From positions 1 to 62,450 of the IMG/VR virus record IMGVR_UViG_3300014720_000036: DNA of 62,450 nt; one strand, given 5' to 3'. The notes under the pieces were generated by a model. The model was not told the DNA's origin. It saw nothing but the letters and a program-made list of their open reading frames with translations, and did not search any database. Origin of the DNA: a virus. Its lineage: Duplodnaviria; Caudoviricetes. Below, piece after piece: positions 18,296 to 27,594 of this stretch; the stretch's first letter is position 1; each line of letters opens with the position of its first letter. Position numbers and translations under genes: made by a program.

Positions 18296-19128
18296 GTTGA
18301 AAACTCCTTGAGAGTAGATAGTTCGTACACAAGCAGGTTGGCGAGGACATCCTCGGAAAATCGAGGGTCGTGCCTGTGCGAGTGGAACAGAAACCTTCGG
18401 TATATCGACGGCGGGGACGGATTCCGTGGGTCCTGCAACGCCATTTTCTCCATCTCCATGCCGAACCGAAGGTAGAGCCTCCGAATGAAGTCACCCACAT
18501 GTACGAGCCTACCCGACCCGATGACGATGTCCGTGCCCACGGGATCCCGCTCGGCTGACTCCAATGTCGCCTCCACAACCATCGTCGGGTGCAGCATCTC
18601 CCTGTAGTAGTCCACATCCCCAATCGTGGTCGGGGAGCCGTTCAGTATCGACTTGAAGATCTTGCCGAACAGATACTCGCCCCTCCTATGGACGCTGTTG
18701 AAGTTGAATGGGTAGGCAATCGACACCTTCGGATACGAACTCTTGTTCCGAAGGACGAGGGATGCCTCGCTCTTCGACCCCGTATAGTGGTTGGCGTGAA
18801 ACGAGTACGGATCCGATGGACCAACGGGACCCGACGATGCGTTCCATAGTTCCGCCGTCGAGTAGTAGAAGATCTTGCGGCACACGGGGTGCAGGGCATC
18901 GATCAGTTCCAGCGTCTTCGTCACATTCGTGTCGTAGAACATCGACCTGACCGAGGGCGAGTCGCTGTTTGCAAGGTATGTCCTCTGCTCGGCGAAGCAG
19001 ATGTACGCCGCATCCCACTCATGCTCGGTCAGGGATCGAATGTAGATGTCCCTAGAGGGCACACGGACGAAGTCCTGAGGAAAGTACTGTGCGAGTTGGG
19101 AGGTGCTACCGACTACCAAACTTGGCAT
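18292..19128 (-). CDS. Divergent NAD(P)-dependent epimerase/reductase
   Basis: VVGSTSQL, YSTAELW, YTGSK (YxxxK) and YREMLH. Confidence 0.7.
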   Translation of the reverse strand: MPSLVVGSTSQLAQYFPQDFVRVPSRDIYIRSLTEHEWDAAYICFAEQRTYLANSDSPSVRSMFYDTNVTKTLELIDALHPVCRKIFYYSTAELWNASSGPVGPSDPYSFHANHYTGSKSEASLVLRNKSSYPKVSIAYPFNFNSVHRRGEYLFGKIFKSILNGSPTTIGDVDYYREMLHPTMVVEATLESAERDPVGTDIVIGSGRLVHVGDFIRRLYLRFGMEMEKMALQDPRNPSPPSIYRRFLFHSHRHDPRFSEDVLANLLVYELSTLKEFST

Positions 19129-20005
19129 TGATCTCTCCGTCGATCATGTCGAATGCGAGGGAGAAGTGGTCTCCCGTTCCGTACACATGGCATTCGCCCC
19201 ACAACTGCTTGGCATGTTCGGGAAGCCCGTAGTCGGACATCGTCGCCCAATGCCCCTCGGGGGCACCGTTGCCGAACACGATGAAGGTCTTGTTGGGATC
19301 CATCAGGTTCTCACGGACATGGGCGAAGCAGAATGGACCGCTGCCCCTGCCGACGATGATCGGGCAGGAGAGGGAGAGATGGGACAGTTCGATGAGGTTG
19401 GACTTGCCAAGGGGCGGGACAGCCTCCTTGTTCGCATCCAAGATGTTCCCCTTGGTGGTGGGAAACGGATCCGTGACGAGGAACTGACACGATGGGTGCT
19501 TCTCGGCGAGTGCCTCGACAACGGGACCCATGTCGAAGTTGTAAGCCTGTCCCGATGCGCAGGGTCCGTTCGATACGAGGACACGATTCATCATCGGAAG
19601 TGCGGTACCGAGCCCGAGCCTCTTGTAATCGATGGTCGGGATGCAGTCCACCTCGGAGGGTAGGGATACACCAATCGACCGACAGGTCTCGCTGAACATC
19701 CTGTAGTTGTTGTGCAGAGTGCATCCGTTCGGAGAGAACCACTTGAAGTTCTGATGTCCCACCCAAGTGTTCACAAAGAGGGTGCCGTCACCGTTGAGGT
19801 GGAAGGATTCCTGATGGAGGGGTCGGGTGTCAACCCTGACGAGCCGCATCGGAAGGTCAGCGAGTATTCGGTCGCATCTGAAGTGTGAGTATGCGCAGTC
19901 CACCCCCACCGAGGACGAGATGTGCCGCAAGAACTGTCGGCTGTAGTGGTTGTCGCCGTTGTTGCAGTTGTTGAAGAAGAGGATCCTGCTGTAGGACCGA
20001 TTCAT
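19106..20005 (-). CDS. Putative glycosyltransferase-like protein
   Basis: NNGDNH N-terminal motif, IIVGRGSGP, glycan cluster context. Confidence 0.55.
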   Translation of the reverse strand: MNRSYSRILFFNNCNNGDNHYSRQFLRHISSSVGVDCAYSHFRCDRILADLPMRLVRVDTRPLHQESFHLNGDGTLFVNTWVGHQNFKWFSPNGCTLHNNYRMFSETCRSIGVSLPSEVDCIPTIDYKRLGLGTALPMMNRVLVSNGPCASGQAYNFDMGPVVEALAEKHPSCQFLVTDPFPTTKGNILDANKEAVPPLGKSNLIELSHLSLSCPIIVGRGSGPFCFAHVRENLMDPNKTFIVFGNGAPEGHWATMSDYGLPEHAKQLWGECHVYGTGDHFSLAFDMIDGEINAKFGSR

Positions 20006-20739
20006 ACCTCGACCCACCGCTTCCTTCCCAACAACAAAGCGGGATTGGGTTGGTTGGCGAACCTCACCATCTTGTGGAGGAACAGGGGGCATGTGATGGA
20101 GGGGATGCTTTCAATCAGGCATCGGAATGAACTCTCCATGCAATGGATCTCGGTGGCATTCTCAAGGACACCGATCATGCTGAAGATGTCCTCGGTGGGA
20201 TCGTTCCTGATGATCTTGAGACCCCTGCTGTTCGGGGGATCGAATGAGAATCCCCTAGATGGATCGTCATGGACGAACATGTAGGGCTCTCTTGTGGGGT
20301 TCAACTTGGAGAGTACCCTCTGCTCTTCCGTGTGGTCTCTCCTGATGTAGAACTTCGTCCACCTATTGTCGAAGGGAACACCTGCGAAGATGTAGAACAC
20401 CTCATCGAAATTCAGTTGGGCTGCTTTGTTCATCTGGTCAAACCCTAGACGGAGCAGTTCTCCTCTGTGAGTTTGCATATGAGTGTTCACAAACTGAAGA
20501 TTGGATACATCCGTCACACACGCATCGGATGGGATGGGAATGAGTTGTATCCTCGGTTCATTGTCGAACATCCTAGCGACACGGGGGAGATTGCCATCCC
20601 TCACAAAGACAGATACGGTATCCGCCCTTACGCCAACAAGACTGCGAATCAATCCGTTGCAGATGATGTGGTCGCCTAGACCGAGATGGTGATGCACATG
20701 GAGGACGGGTTTCTTCACCTTGAGGATCCTTTGATCCAA
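20002..20739 (-). CDS. Putative glycosyltransferase-like protein
   Basis: HHHLGLGDHIICNG and EIHCMESSF (GT-B/GT9-like); visibly more AT-rich. Confidence 0.6.
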   Translation of the reverse strand: MDQRILKVKKPVLHVHHHLGLGDHIICNGLIRSLVGVRADTVSVFVRDGNLPRVARMFDNEPRIQLIPIPSDACVTDVSNLQFVNTHMQTHRGELLRLGFDQMNKAAQLNFDEVFYIFAGVPFDNRWTKFYIRRDHTEEQRVLSKLNPTREPYMFVHDDPSRGFSFDPPNSRGLKIIRNDPTEDIFSMIGVLENATEIHCMESSFRCLIESIPSITCPLFLHKMVRFANQPNPALLLGRKRWVEV

Positions 20740-21596
20740 GACAGGATCTCATGTGCCCTATGGTCGTAGGTATGCCTTGACAGGAAGAGCCGCCTTCCCT
20801 CCTCGGCAATAGCGGCGATCTTCTCTTGCGACAGGTTTGTTGCGGTTGTGGCATGACTCATCACAGAGCGAATATCCCCCGCATATTCACCTTTGTCGTA
20901 CATCAAACAGTTGACCCCATCCTCAAAACCGAGTTCCCTGTACTGCGGGTTCCTGTCCGTGAACAACACCGTGCTACAGGCAAGGGTCTCAAACGATCTG
21001 TAGTTGACATCGTTGGAGATGTTCATGTTGAAGTGGATCTGATACGAGTTGAGCATGCGCACCATGTCTTTACCGATGACGAAGATGTGCTGCTTGAGAC
21101 CGAAGATAGAGGTCAGAGTGTCCACCGCTCTCTTGCGCTCGGGCGTGACATGGTTGCCACAGAACCCGAAGCGGATGCTCTTGGGAACATCGGGCATCGG
21201 GAAGATCATCCTGTGGTCGGTGCAGTTCGGAAGCCACCGATGGTGAGGAAGCCTGACGAAGTCCTTCGTCGCATGTGCGAGGATGTGGTATCTGCCGTCC
21301 GAGAAGGTCTTCTCATAGGGAGCCGATCCACGGACATGGGCATCGATGCACCACACCATCTTGAAAGGCTTCTTCGTCCAAGAGAGGTCGGGCATCCACT
21401 CGTCCCCGTAATTCTCAAGGTTCACGATGAGGTCGAACGAGTCGAAGTCGGGAGAGTTCGGGAATCCTTCGTGACCCTTGCCCCAAATGAGACACTCATG
21501 TCCCATAGAGTCAAATGACCTCTTCAGGCAGCAAGACTCCCTGAAGTCACGGTTCGCATCGTGATGACCACGCTCTTGGATGATGAGGATATTCAT
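20715..21596 (-). CDS. Glycosyltransferase (CgeB / Glyco_trans_1_2-like)
   Basis: FGFCG, IHFN..DVNYRSFETLAC and HTYDHRA. Confidence 0.8.
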   Translation of the reverse strand: MNILIIQERGHHDANRDFRESCCLKRSFDSMGHECLIWGKGHEGFPNSPDFDSFDLIVNLENYGDEWMPDLSWTKKPFKMVWCIDAHVRGSAPYEKTFSDGRYHILAHATKDFVRLPHHRWLPNCTDHRMIFPMPDVPKSIRFGFCGNHVTPERKRAVDTLTSIFGLKQHIFVIGKDMVRMLNSYQIHFNMNISNDVNYRSFETLACSTVLFTDRNPQYRELGFEDGVNCLMYDKGEYAGDIRSVMSHATTATNLSQEKIAAIAEEGRRLFLSRHTYDHRAHEILSWIKGSSR

Positions 21597-21598
21597 GT

Positions 21599-22243
21599 TC
21601 AGTACTGTGGATTGTCATTCTCGTCGTACACCTGTCCGACGAAATGTTTGGAATCCCGAGGAAGAGAAAACGGCTGCTTTGCAAAGAACTCATCGTGCTG
21701 AACGACATCGTCTTTTGCCAACGACCAAACGCTATGGGTGAGAAAGTCCTGATCGATGCCGAACAAGGCGGTCTTGGTCAGCCCTAGTGCGTAGTAGTTC
21801 GATATGAGTGAGCGGATGTTCCTGAGTTTCCCGCCACGGACACCCCACATACCCCCACATAAAGGCGTTCCGTGCTGCGGATGATCTCTCATCGCATGGA
21901 ATCCCTTTCCCGACCTGACCCACTCCCCGACAGCCAACGCCTCACGCTGCCCGATCCTAGAGTCCGTGTCACGGAAAACCACATGGTCAACAGACGGATC
22001 TTCGGCTGCGTAGAAACGCCAAAACATAGACCAATGCGGCTCGACGGAGGCACCCATCCTCACTACCTCGCAGTTGGGCATGGTCTCTAGGGTGTCGAGG
22101 ATATGCTGAGGCACGGTCTCCTCATCGCAATAGAAGCGGCACTTCCAACCGAGGTACCACTTGACGGCGAGTTCAGCGTTTCGGATCGCACCAACCGTGT
22201 ACTTGGGCTTGTCACCCCACAGACTGAAGGAAATGATTCCCAT
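21599..22243 (-). CDS. Putative glycan-modifying protein with DxD motif
   Basis: ISFSLWG..KYTVGA, MFWRF, RDTDSR, MRDHPQH, GGMWG and DQDFL. Confidence 0.65.
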   Translation of the reverse strand: MGIISFSLWGDKPKYTVGAIRNAELAVKWYLGWKCRFYCDEETVPQHILDTLETMPNCEVVRMGASVEPHWSMFWRFYAAEDPSVDHVVFRDTDSRIGQREALAVGEWVRSGKGFHAMRDHPQHGTPLCGGMWGVRGGKLRNIRSLISNYYALGLTKTALFGIDQDFLTHSVWSLAKDDVVQHDEFFAKQPFSLPRDSKHFVGQVYDENDNPQY

Positions 22244-22246
22244 TGA

Positions 22247-22918
22247 TCAAGATCCCGTCTTGCGCATAATGGCGATTCGGGAGTAGAAGTGGATCCACTC
22301 CACCCCGCTCGGATTTGCGCCCGTGTGTGGTGCCGTGTCGAAGTCACGGATGATCCCGTTGAACAGATTGTCGATCATCCGCCTATCGTTGTTCCACTCT
22401 ACTCCCGTGTTGTACTTCATTCCAGGCCATTGCCCACGCACGATGTGGTCGCCAAGGTTCTTGCCGAGATAAGAGCATCCAAGGTCTTCGATGATGTACA
22501 ACCCCCCCGCACGGAGGCAGGGAAACAGAAGATCGAAAGACTTGACCGTCAGTTCATTGACATGAGAACCATCGTCAAGGATGACATCGAACTGACCACC
22601 TGCGTCCTTGACGGCTGCATTCGTGATCTCGGGATCGGATTGGCTTCCGATGAAAACCTTGATCCTGTCGGACTGATACTGCTTGCACCTCGGATCGATG
22701 TCGATTCCATAGATCATGGCTTTGGGAAAGTACTCACGCCACATCCTGTGGGAGCATCCATCACGAACACCGATCTCAAGCAGTTTGATCGGTTGCTCAC
22801 GGAGACCGTTCAGATACTTGTCGTAGATGTCGAGGTAAGTAGAACCGCCAAACTTATGGTTGGCATCGTGCTTGTCGGTCTGATGCTTGCGACCGATCTC
22901 TTGTAGGGTCTCGTTCAT
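22247..22918 (-). CDS. Sugar O-methyltransferase (MycE/TylE-like, class I SAM)
   Basis: TDK..H..Y, LLEIGV, YGIDID, DVILDDGSH and GGLYIIEDL. Confidence 0.82.
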   Translation of the reverse strand: MNETLQEIGRKHQTDKHDANHKFGGSTYLDIYDKYLNGLREQPIKLLEIGVRDGCSHRMWREYFPKAMIYGIDIDPRCKQYQSDRIKVFIGSQSDPEITNAAVKDAGGQFDVILDDGSHVNELTVKSFDLLFPCLRAGGLYIIEDLGCSYLGKNLGDHIVRGQWPGMKYNTGVEWNNDRRMIDNLFNGIIRDFDTAPHTGANPSGVEWIHFYSRIAIMRKTGS

Positions 22919-23511
22919 CGTGTCACCTGATGATTGTGGGTCTCTTCAAAGGTCTTGCGGCACTTGTAGTTGTAGATCACGCCGTCGATCCACTCTTCGG
23001 TCTTGAGGTGATGTCGGAGCCCCATGCTGAAGGAGCGGTCCTCGCCGCTGTTCCACGGGGGAAATCCCACCCGCACGGCGATGCTGCGCCTCACGGCATT
23101 GAGGTGGTTCGGCGGTCGGTAGTAGACCTTGCCTTCGTGGTCATCGATCCATTGCGTGTAGCGCAGGGAATGGATGAACGGGCGGCTGTAGCCATCCGAG
23201 AAGACGATCTCGCCCGTGAGGGAGGTGCAGTCGGGGCTCTTGACGAGACCGTTCAGAACCTTCTCGACATAGTCGGGGCTCGGGAGGTCATCGTCATCGA
23301 TGAAGGCGACATACTCGCCCGAGGACTGCGTGAGCAGCATGTTCCTCTTCTGACCGATGCTCATCTGTCGATTGTCGGCGCAATCGATCACCTCGACATT
23401 GCGCTTCCCGATCTGACGGTCGAGTTCCTCACGGAGAGATTGGAGCGAGTCCTTCCGCTCTATCAGCGTGGGGATGAGGATCGACAACTTGTGGCGGGGC
23501 GACCAAGACAT
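22915..23511 (-). CDS. Glycosyltransferase family 2
   Basis: LSILIPT, IGQKRN, GEYVAFIDDDD and GED. Confidence 0.85.
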   Translation of the reverse strand: MSWSPRHKLSILIPTLIERKDSLQSLREELDRQIGKRNVEVIDCADNRQMSIGQKRNMLLTQSSGEYVAFIDDDDLPSPDYVEKVLNGLVKSPDCTSLTGEIVFSDGYSRPFIHSLRYTQWIDDHEGKVYYRPPNHLNAVRRSIAVRVGFPPWNSGEDRSFSMGLRHHLKTEEWIDGVIYNYKCRKTFEETHNHQVTR

Positions 23512-24220
23512 TCACTATCTCCTCGGGCTTCAGGTTGAAGTTGTTGGCGAGGCGGTCAAGGTAGATCGCCTTGTCATGCTCATACATCTCGACGGACTCG
23601 TTGCGGCGGTGCAGGGGATCGTTCGGATTGACCGCACCCACCCATTGGTGTTGGATGATGACATGGTCGATGTACACGATCTTGCCGAGCATCCTCGCAA
23701 CATCCGTGAACTCGTTGTCACAGAAGACGGACTTGTAGCCTGGGTAGTACAGGTAGCCGAAGCGGTCGAAATACTTCCGACCGAGGATCGACAGCGTGAT
23801 GAGCCTGTCCTGACCCGAGAAGCCGTCGTTGAAGTGCAGGACCCCGTCCGTGTCGGGGAAGAACTTCGCCATCGCCTTGGCGATCACCTCGTCGTAGCCT
23901 CCGAGGACGGGGATCATGTCATCCGATGCGAGGAGGATCACATCGGGTCGGAACGAGACCACCCTGTCGAGGTCGGCGTTGATCGCCGAGATCTTGCCCG
24001 TGGACTTGCCGCAGACGGGCACGATCTTCCCCTCCAACTGTGCGTTCAGTCGGTTGAACAGCGACCACATGTTGTCGTTGTTCATGGTCGGATCGTCGTG
24101 GTCGAAGGATACCACGAACTTGACTTCGTGCATCCCCGAGAGGAAGTTGATGTACCTGTTCAGCACCGAGACGAACTTCTCGGGGCGACCCCTAGTGGGG
24201 AACTTGATGACCATCCTCAT
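23429..24220 (-). CDS. GT-A fold glycosyltransferase
   Basis: KFPTRGRP, KISAIN, LASDDM and FCDNEFT. Confidence 0.75.
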   Translation of the reverse strand: MRMVIKFPTRGRPEKFVSVLNRYINFLSGMHEVKFVVSFDHDDPTMNNDNMWSLFNRLNAQLEGKIVPVCGKSTGKISAINADLDRVVSFRPDVILLASDDMIPVLGGYDEVIAKAMAKFFPDTDGVLHFNDGFSGQDRLITLSILGRKYFDRFGYLYYPGYKSVFCDNEFTDVARMLGKIVYIDHVIIQHQWVGAVNPNDPLHRRNESVEMYEHDKAIYLDRLANNFNLKPEEIVNVLVAPPQVVDPHPHADRAEGLAPISP

Positions 24221-24753
24221 GGCTTCTTCTTGTCCTCCTCGTCATCTTCCTCAATGTCAACGAACTCGACCACGGAGTTGCCCGAGTAGTCCTTGGCGTA
24301 GTCCTTGGCGAGGGAGTAGACCTTGGGGTTCGTCTCCTTCACATAGCGGATGAAGTTCAAGCAGAAGTCGTTGATCGCCTGACGGTAGAGCGTCCGCTCC
24401 CTGTCCGTCATGTCATCCTCGTCGGGATAGGCGTTCGGGTCCTCGTCCCCGTAGTCACGCTCTGCGACGGATGAATCCATGTCCTCCCCGCACTCCATCA
24501 CGAACTCACGAAGGGAGCATGGGAAAATCATGCAGGGCGTTCCCTCGCCGAGGTGCGCCCCGAGGATATTGAACTCAATGTACTCGGCGGCATCGTCCTC
24601 ATCGGCACATCCGCCATCCATGACGATCTCCATCACCTTGTCGTAGTCGTAGACGGCGATAGGGATGGTCTGACCGTACTTGCGGAGTCCACCGAGGAAC
24701 GCCTTGTCGAATCCGTCGAGGAGGAGGGTCTTTGGTTCCTTGTCACTCGGCAT
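24217..24753 (-). CDS. Conserved phage hypothetical protein (acidic)
   Basis: DGFDKAFLG..AVYDYDK..AAEYIEFNILGAHLGEGTP; start MPSDKE preferred. Confidence 0.7.
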   Translation of the reverse strand: MPSDKEPKTLLLDGFDKAFLGGLRKYGQTIPIAVYDYDKVMEIVMDGGCADEDDAAEYIEFNILGAHLGEGTPCMIFPCSLREFVMECGEDMDSSVAERDYGDEDPNAYPDEDDMTDRERTLYRQAINDFCLNFIRYVKETNPKVYSLAKDYAKDYSGNSVVEFVDIEEDDEEDKKKP

Positions 24754-25276
24754 CTTCCCCCGCTTCCTGTTGACCGTACTTGAACTCTTTGGCTGCGGCT
24801 GCATCCAACGCCTTGAGGACATCCGCCGTGAACCACTTCTCGGGATCCTTGTTGACCCTCGACTCAAAGTCAGACCTGCCATCGGGGAACTGGATCTTGT
24901 TCGACACCTTCTTGAGGATGCCGTGACCGATCCCGAGGTCGATCAGACCGTAGTAGCGGTCGAGACCGCTGTCGTAGTTGAGCAGGACATCGATGGAGCG
25001 GTTCTCCTTCGTCAGTCGGCTCTTCTGGGTCTTGCAATGGATGATGTTGCCCACGACCTCGTCATCGACCTTGTGCTTCTTCTTGCTGAGGTAGACGATG
25101 GTGGTGGCGGCGTACTTGAGACCGCTGCCGCCGCCCATCTCTTTGGTCGGGACATATGAGTTGTGGGAGATCAAGCCGTTCCCGAGGATGTAGTGGTGGT
25201 CACCCTCGACCGTGAAGTCGTAGACCTCCACAGGGGTTGCGGTCGGGGTCTTGCGGACGATTTTCAGGGTCTTCAT
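24743..25276 (-). CDS. uvsX: UvsX C-terminal part fused to split C-intein (39 aa)
   Basis: MKTLKIVRK..VYDFTVEGDHHYILGNGLISHN (intein blocks F/G), then Ser+1 and SYVPTKEMGGGSGLKYAA..KSRLTKE. Confidence 0.92.
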   Translation of the reverse strand: MKTLKIVRKTPTATPVEVYDFTVEGDHHYILGNGLISHNSYVPTKEMGGGSGLKYAATTIVYLSKKKHKVDDEVVGNIIHCKTQKSRLTKENRSIDVLLNYDSGLDRYYGLIDLGIGHGILKKVSNKIQFPDGRSDFESRVNKDPEKWFTADVLKALDAAAAKEFKYGQQEAGEDAE

Positions 25277-25292
25277 GCTCAATACTCCATAA

Positions 25293-25304
25293 CCATATAT
25301 ATGG
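25293..25304. promoter_or_regulatory. Palindrome CCATATATATGG, candidate bidirectional late promoter
   Basis: Perfect 12-bp palindrome between divergent starts at 25276 (-) and 25309 (+); ATATATA resembles the ATAnATA late motif. Confidence 0.4.
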
Positions 25305-25308
25305 ACTG

Positions 25309-25941
25309 ATGGGAAGGGTCACTCACAAACATCACATCGTGCCAAGACATGCAGGGGGATCGGACTCCGAGGACAACATCATCGAACTTACCGTGGAGGA
25401 ACATGCCGAAGCCCACAGACTTCTGTACGAAAAGAACGGTGATCCACGAGACTTCGTTGCTTGGAAGATGTTGAGCGGCAAGACCGAGGAAGCGGAGATC
25501 GCAAGGATGGAATTGTCGAAGCAAGGCTTCGTGAAGTTCCTTGCCTCGGATCGAAAGGGCGAGTGGCAGCGCAAAATATCTCGCAGCCTCACGGGCAGGA
25601 GTCCATCCCAAGAAAGCAATGACAAGAGATCGGAATCCTTGCGAAAGGCGTATGCCGAGGGAAGGATGTCTTGTTGGTTCAGCACGGCAGACAAGGAATT
25701 CTTCAGGGGAAACTACGACCCAATTAGGTTAGCGGAGGGCAGACGGGTATCTTCCCGATGGAGAGACTCGGTCACTTCGGACGAATACCGAATGAAACGG
25801 TGCATCAAGAATGCCAAGTCACGGAAAGTGATCGTCAATGACATCGAATATCCGAGCATCCGCAATGCCGCAAAATCGCTAGGCATCCCATACAGTCGAT
25901 TGAGATCGCTACTCGACGGCAAGGATTTCCTCACCCTCTGA
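25309..25941 (+). mobile_element. Free-standing HNH homing endonuclease (with NUMOD/HTH-like C-terminus)
   Basis: HKHHIVPRHAGGSDSEDNIIELTVEEHAEAH; C-terminal EYPSIRNAAKSLGI. Lies antisense between the uvsX halves. Confidence 0.88.
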
Positions 25942-26796
25942 GATTTCCGAGATCGGCTTCCACTCCCCGTCACGACACATGAACTTGTGGTTCGGTGTGG
26001 CATGAAACACCGATCCGTCACTCAACTCGACTTCCACGGTGGAATCTGATTCGTAACGGAAGAGTTCCGTGACCTTGGACGATCCTGCCATCGTCCTAAC
26101 CTCATCACCGACAACGATATCGGTGATGGGGACCACGGAACCGTTAGCGAGAGTAACGGACGCATGAGAAGATAGACAACCCACGACATCGTAAGTGTGG
26201 TTGGTCACGATCAGGGGCATGTTGTACTTGCCCAACTTCAGGGTGACCGTGCGGAAGACGGACTTGATGACCTGACTGCGGGTCATGTCCCTGACCTCCT
26301 TGCCCTCGGCGGAGTCGTTCATCTCCTTGGAGGTCGAGAGCATCCCGAGGCTGTCGAGGACGATCATGGTCGCCCTTTGCTCGGACTTCTCCAACTTGCC
26401 GTAGTTGTCGATGATCTGAATGACCTGATGACGGAACTGCTCGACCGTGGCGATGGGGAACACCGCAACACGGTTCTTGTCGAGCCCACGGCTGACGATC
26501 ATCTCGCTCGTCACCGCCTGTTCGCTGTCGAAGTACAGGATCACCCCCTCGGGGTTGTCCTTGAGGAACTGCGCTGCGATTCCGAGGGCGAAGTATGTCT
26601 TGCCCGTGGCGGACTCACCTGCGATGCCGAGGATCTTGTTGTTCGGGATGCCGCCGTTGAGGGAGCCCGAGACGAGTGCATTGAAGGCGTAGGAGCCCGT
26701 GTCGATGAAGCCCGAGACATCGGCTTCAAGACCGTCGTTGGCGATGGCTGCGTACTCGTTGCCGCTGCTCTTGACGAGAGACTTCAGGAAGTTCAT
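25909..26796 (-). CDS. uvsX: UvsX (RecA-like recombinase) N-terminal part fused to split N-intein (89 aa)
   Basis: GESATGKT, FDSE, VLDSLG, DMTRSQ, NHTYDVVG; then Cys1 (codon 26176-26178) CLSSHASV..ATPNHKF (block B TxxH). Confidence 0.93.
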   Translation of the reverse strand: MNFLKSLVKSSGNEYAAIANDGLEADVSGFIDTGSYAFNALVSGSLNGGIPNNKILGIAGESATGKTYFALGIAAQFLKDNPEGVILYFDSEQAVTSEMIVSRGLDKNRVAVFPIATVEQFRHQVIQIIDNYGKLEKSEQRATMIVLDSLGMLSTSKEMNDSAEGKEVRDMTRSQVIKSVFRTVTLKLGKYNMPLIVTNHTYDVVGCLSSHASVTLANGSVVPITDIVVGDEVRTMAGSSKVTELFRYESDSTVEVELSDGSVFHATPNHKFMCRDGEWKPISEISEGEEILAVE

Positions 26797-26826
26797 AGGG
26801 TGGATCTCGCAGAATGATTTAGGTGT

Positions 26827-27576
26827 TCAATCGTCCGTATCGGGTGGAGCCTCGCAGAAACCGTCGAAGGTCTCGTATGAGTAGCCCGAGTCCGTGATCG
26901 CTCCAAGCACGGTGTCCAACTCATCGGGGGTCACATGCGCCCGTGCGTGGGTACCCGTGTGCGCAGGTGCGCCCACGGGTCGTATATCGTGGAAGATGAT
27001 GACGGGGCTCACCCCCTCTTCGACCCCTGCCCTGATCTTTTCAACCACCCTGAGGAGATCTCCCCCACGAATCTTGGATTCGGTCGGAACTCCCTGTGTG
27101 TCCATCGTGGATTGCAGGGGAATCGTCCTTCCGCCCGAAAGCATCGTTCCTGAGTTGGCCGAGCGGACGAAGCAGAACAGACGCTCCACCTCGGAGAACA
27201 GGGCATCATCGAACTTGGTGTGTGGGAATGCGAAATGGGTCGGATCGAATCCCGCCTCGACCATCTCCTCCATGGCGGGGATCACCTCGTCATCGATGTA
27301 CTTGTCGATCCCGTATCTCTTGCTGTATGCAAGGGCATCACGGTGCTTCTTTCCATGGCAACCTATGACATGACCATCCGAGCGGAGGTCGTGGAGCATG
27401 TCGATCTCTTCGTCGCCGAGGAGGAAAAACGAGTCCACATAGAACACAGCCTTCGCTCTGTGATTCTTCAGGATCGCCCTCGCACCGTGCCAATGGGAGA
27501 CCGAGTGGTCATCGAAGCACAGATGGACATGCGGATGGCGCACATCCTTGTCGAGGAACCTGCCGATGGGCTGCAT
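26827..27576 (-). CDS. Polysaccharide deacetylase (NodB/CE4)
   Basis: LCFDD, IGCHGKKH, FAFP and IIFH; CTAAATA at 27582-27588. Confidence 0.8.
   Translation of the reverse strand: MQPIGRFLDKDVRHPHVHLCFDDHSVSHWHGARAILKNHRAKAVFYVDSFFLLGDEEIDMLHDLRSDGHVIGCHGKKHRDALAYSKRYGIDKYIDDEVIPAMEEMVEAGFDPTHFAFPHTKFDDALFSEVERLFCFVRSANSGTMLSGGRTIPLQSTMDTQGVPTESKIRGGDLLRVVEKIRAGVEEGVSPVIIFHDIRPVGAPAHTGTHARAHVTPDELDTVLGAITDSGYSYETFDGFCEAPPDTDD
26936..26980 (+). repeat. Dispersed TGCGCCCGTG-family repeat cluster
   Basis: tgcgcccgtgcgtgggtacccgtgtgcgcaggtgcgcccacggg. Confidence 0.7.
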
Positions 27577-27594
27577 GGACCTATTTAGGGTCGA

